Below, in pieces: positions 62,857 to 64,000 of a DNA stretch of 64,000 nt. The notes below the pieces were generated by a model. The model was not told the origin of the DNA. It saw nothing but the letters and a program-made list of their open reading frames with translations, and did not search any database. Every line of letters begins with the position of its first letter. The stretch's first letter is position 1. Source of the stretch: Hydrurus foetidus (Eukaryota); NCBI GenBank assembly GCA_900617105.1, contig UYFQ01000576.1, positions 1 to 64,000 of the forward strand, given 5' to 3'. The translations under genes and the position numbers were made by a program.

Positions 62857-64000
62857 ATGGGTCGTAAGTGCTGTTGCACTTATACAGACGAGTGTGCCGA
62901 GCTTCAGAAACGGCTGACTGCTCTGAAACAGTTTCATCTGTGAGTCGTTGTCTTTTCAAGATCATCATCAACTATCCTCACTGATTATTTGCAGCGAAAA
63001 ATCTCATGAATTATTTCTTGAATTTCAGGGTGGGATTAACTCGAATTCCTAGTCTGACTAAGCTAAGATTTACTGCACCAGCAATTCTATCCGATCACTA
63101 CCGGTGCTCTGTAATTAAACACCTTCGGTTGAGCGATTTGGATGAGCGATTGGAACATTTCGTTGCTTTCAGTCACTGGCATCCGAAGGTGCTAGAGTTA
63201 TTCGACGAAAGTAAGGATGTTGGAGCCAAAAAGATGTTTCCTAGAGTACTGAGCCTCGTTCTCGGTAGAGAAATAGGTCTCGAAAGCTATGACAGATTAC
63301 CGGCGGCAACCTCCTCTCCTACAAGTTACTATGTTAATGTCCCGTCAGCTACGCTACAGTTCTATGACAATTATCTCAATACGGAGTTCATTGACCGTCA
63401 AATTGGTTTTATTGCGTCTGGCGACGGCTTCGTTAGTCCTGATCTTCGGAAATCCTTATCAGCATCTGGAAGCGAGGAAACAGCCGGAAGCTCTTCCCTT
63501 GCTCGGCTATCAACGGTACAGCAGAGATCTTCATTTGTGGCTGCAGAAATACAGTCTGAAGAGAGAAATATGAAAAAACAGAAAGTTGAAGATAGGGATA
63601 GAGCTAGGAGAGAAAAGAGATTATCAACAATAGAACTCATGAGTGAGGATGGTCAGAAGCTGCTGAAAAAATCTGTTGCTGAGGTGAATACGCTCAAAAG
63701 GCAACTTGAAGAGATGGAAAAAAAGAACAAAGCTCTGCGTGAGAAAAAGAAAGAAATGCACTGTGAACTCGACGTTATGAAACAAATAATGTCAAAGAGC
63801 ATAGTCCGCTCTAATATAGTCTGTCCAACATGGCACAAAAACAATCCTAGATTCGTACCCTACTGGCTGGGATTCATAAGTTATGCTGAGTTTACAATTT
63901 ATCACAATTGTTTTTGGCCAGATGTGAGTACTATAGTCCGAATCAATGACGGTAATATAAGTGAATTTGAGAAAAGCATGATCACGAAAATGTTCTTCAG
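62857..64000 (+). CDS. THAP-like domain + coiled coil + HTH_Tnp_4-like N-terminus of an ISL2EU/Harbinger-related transposase (partial, runs off window)
   Basis: Exon 62857-62939 (MGRKCCCTYTDEC…), phase-2 intron 62940-63028, then an open frame to the window end with FVAFSHWHP, VNVPS, a coiled coil, YWLGFISYAEF and ISEFEKSMITKMFF. Confidence 0.65.

Overview
Eukaryotic, intron-rich genomic DNA, most likely from a photosynthetic stramenopile (inferred from a bipartite-like plastid presequence and a CoDi-like retrotransposon). Left to right: (1) a decayed pogo/Tigger-type transposase; (2) a full-length but frameshifted Ty1/copia LTR retrotransposon (3202-9094, GAAAT target duplication); (3) a 6-exon SAM-dependent methyltransferase gene; (4) a ~32.5 kb minus-strand TAF2 gene whose 15.5 kb intron is almost entirely a 36-bp tandem repeat with a two-state (A/C) variable position; (5) an 18 kb nest of DNA transposons starting ~200 bp upstream of the TAF2 ATG. 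The nest holds four two-gene PIF/Harbinger elements, foldback MITEs, a P-like non-autonomous element and a THAP/ISL2EU-like transposase that runs off the window. Best lead: the copia element has no tRNA-type primer binding site. The 11 nt abutting its 5' LTR are instead the exact reverse complement of an 11-mer inside the LTR, the geometry of Tf1-type self-priming, and its LTRs end in GA rather than CA. Second lead: the Harbinger elements are chained end to end through single shared TNA trinucleotides. All calls are by eye; no searches were run, and exon boundaries are manual.
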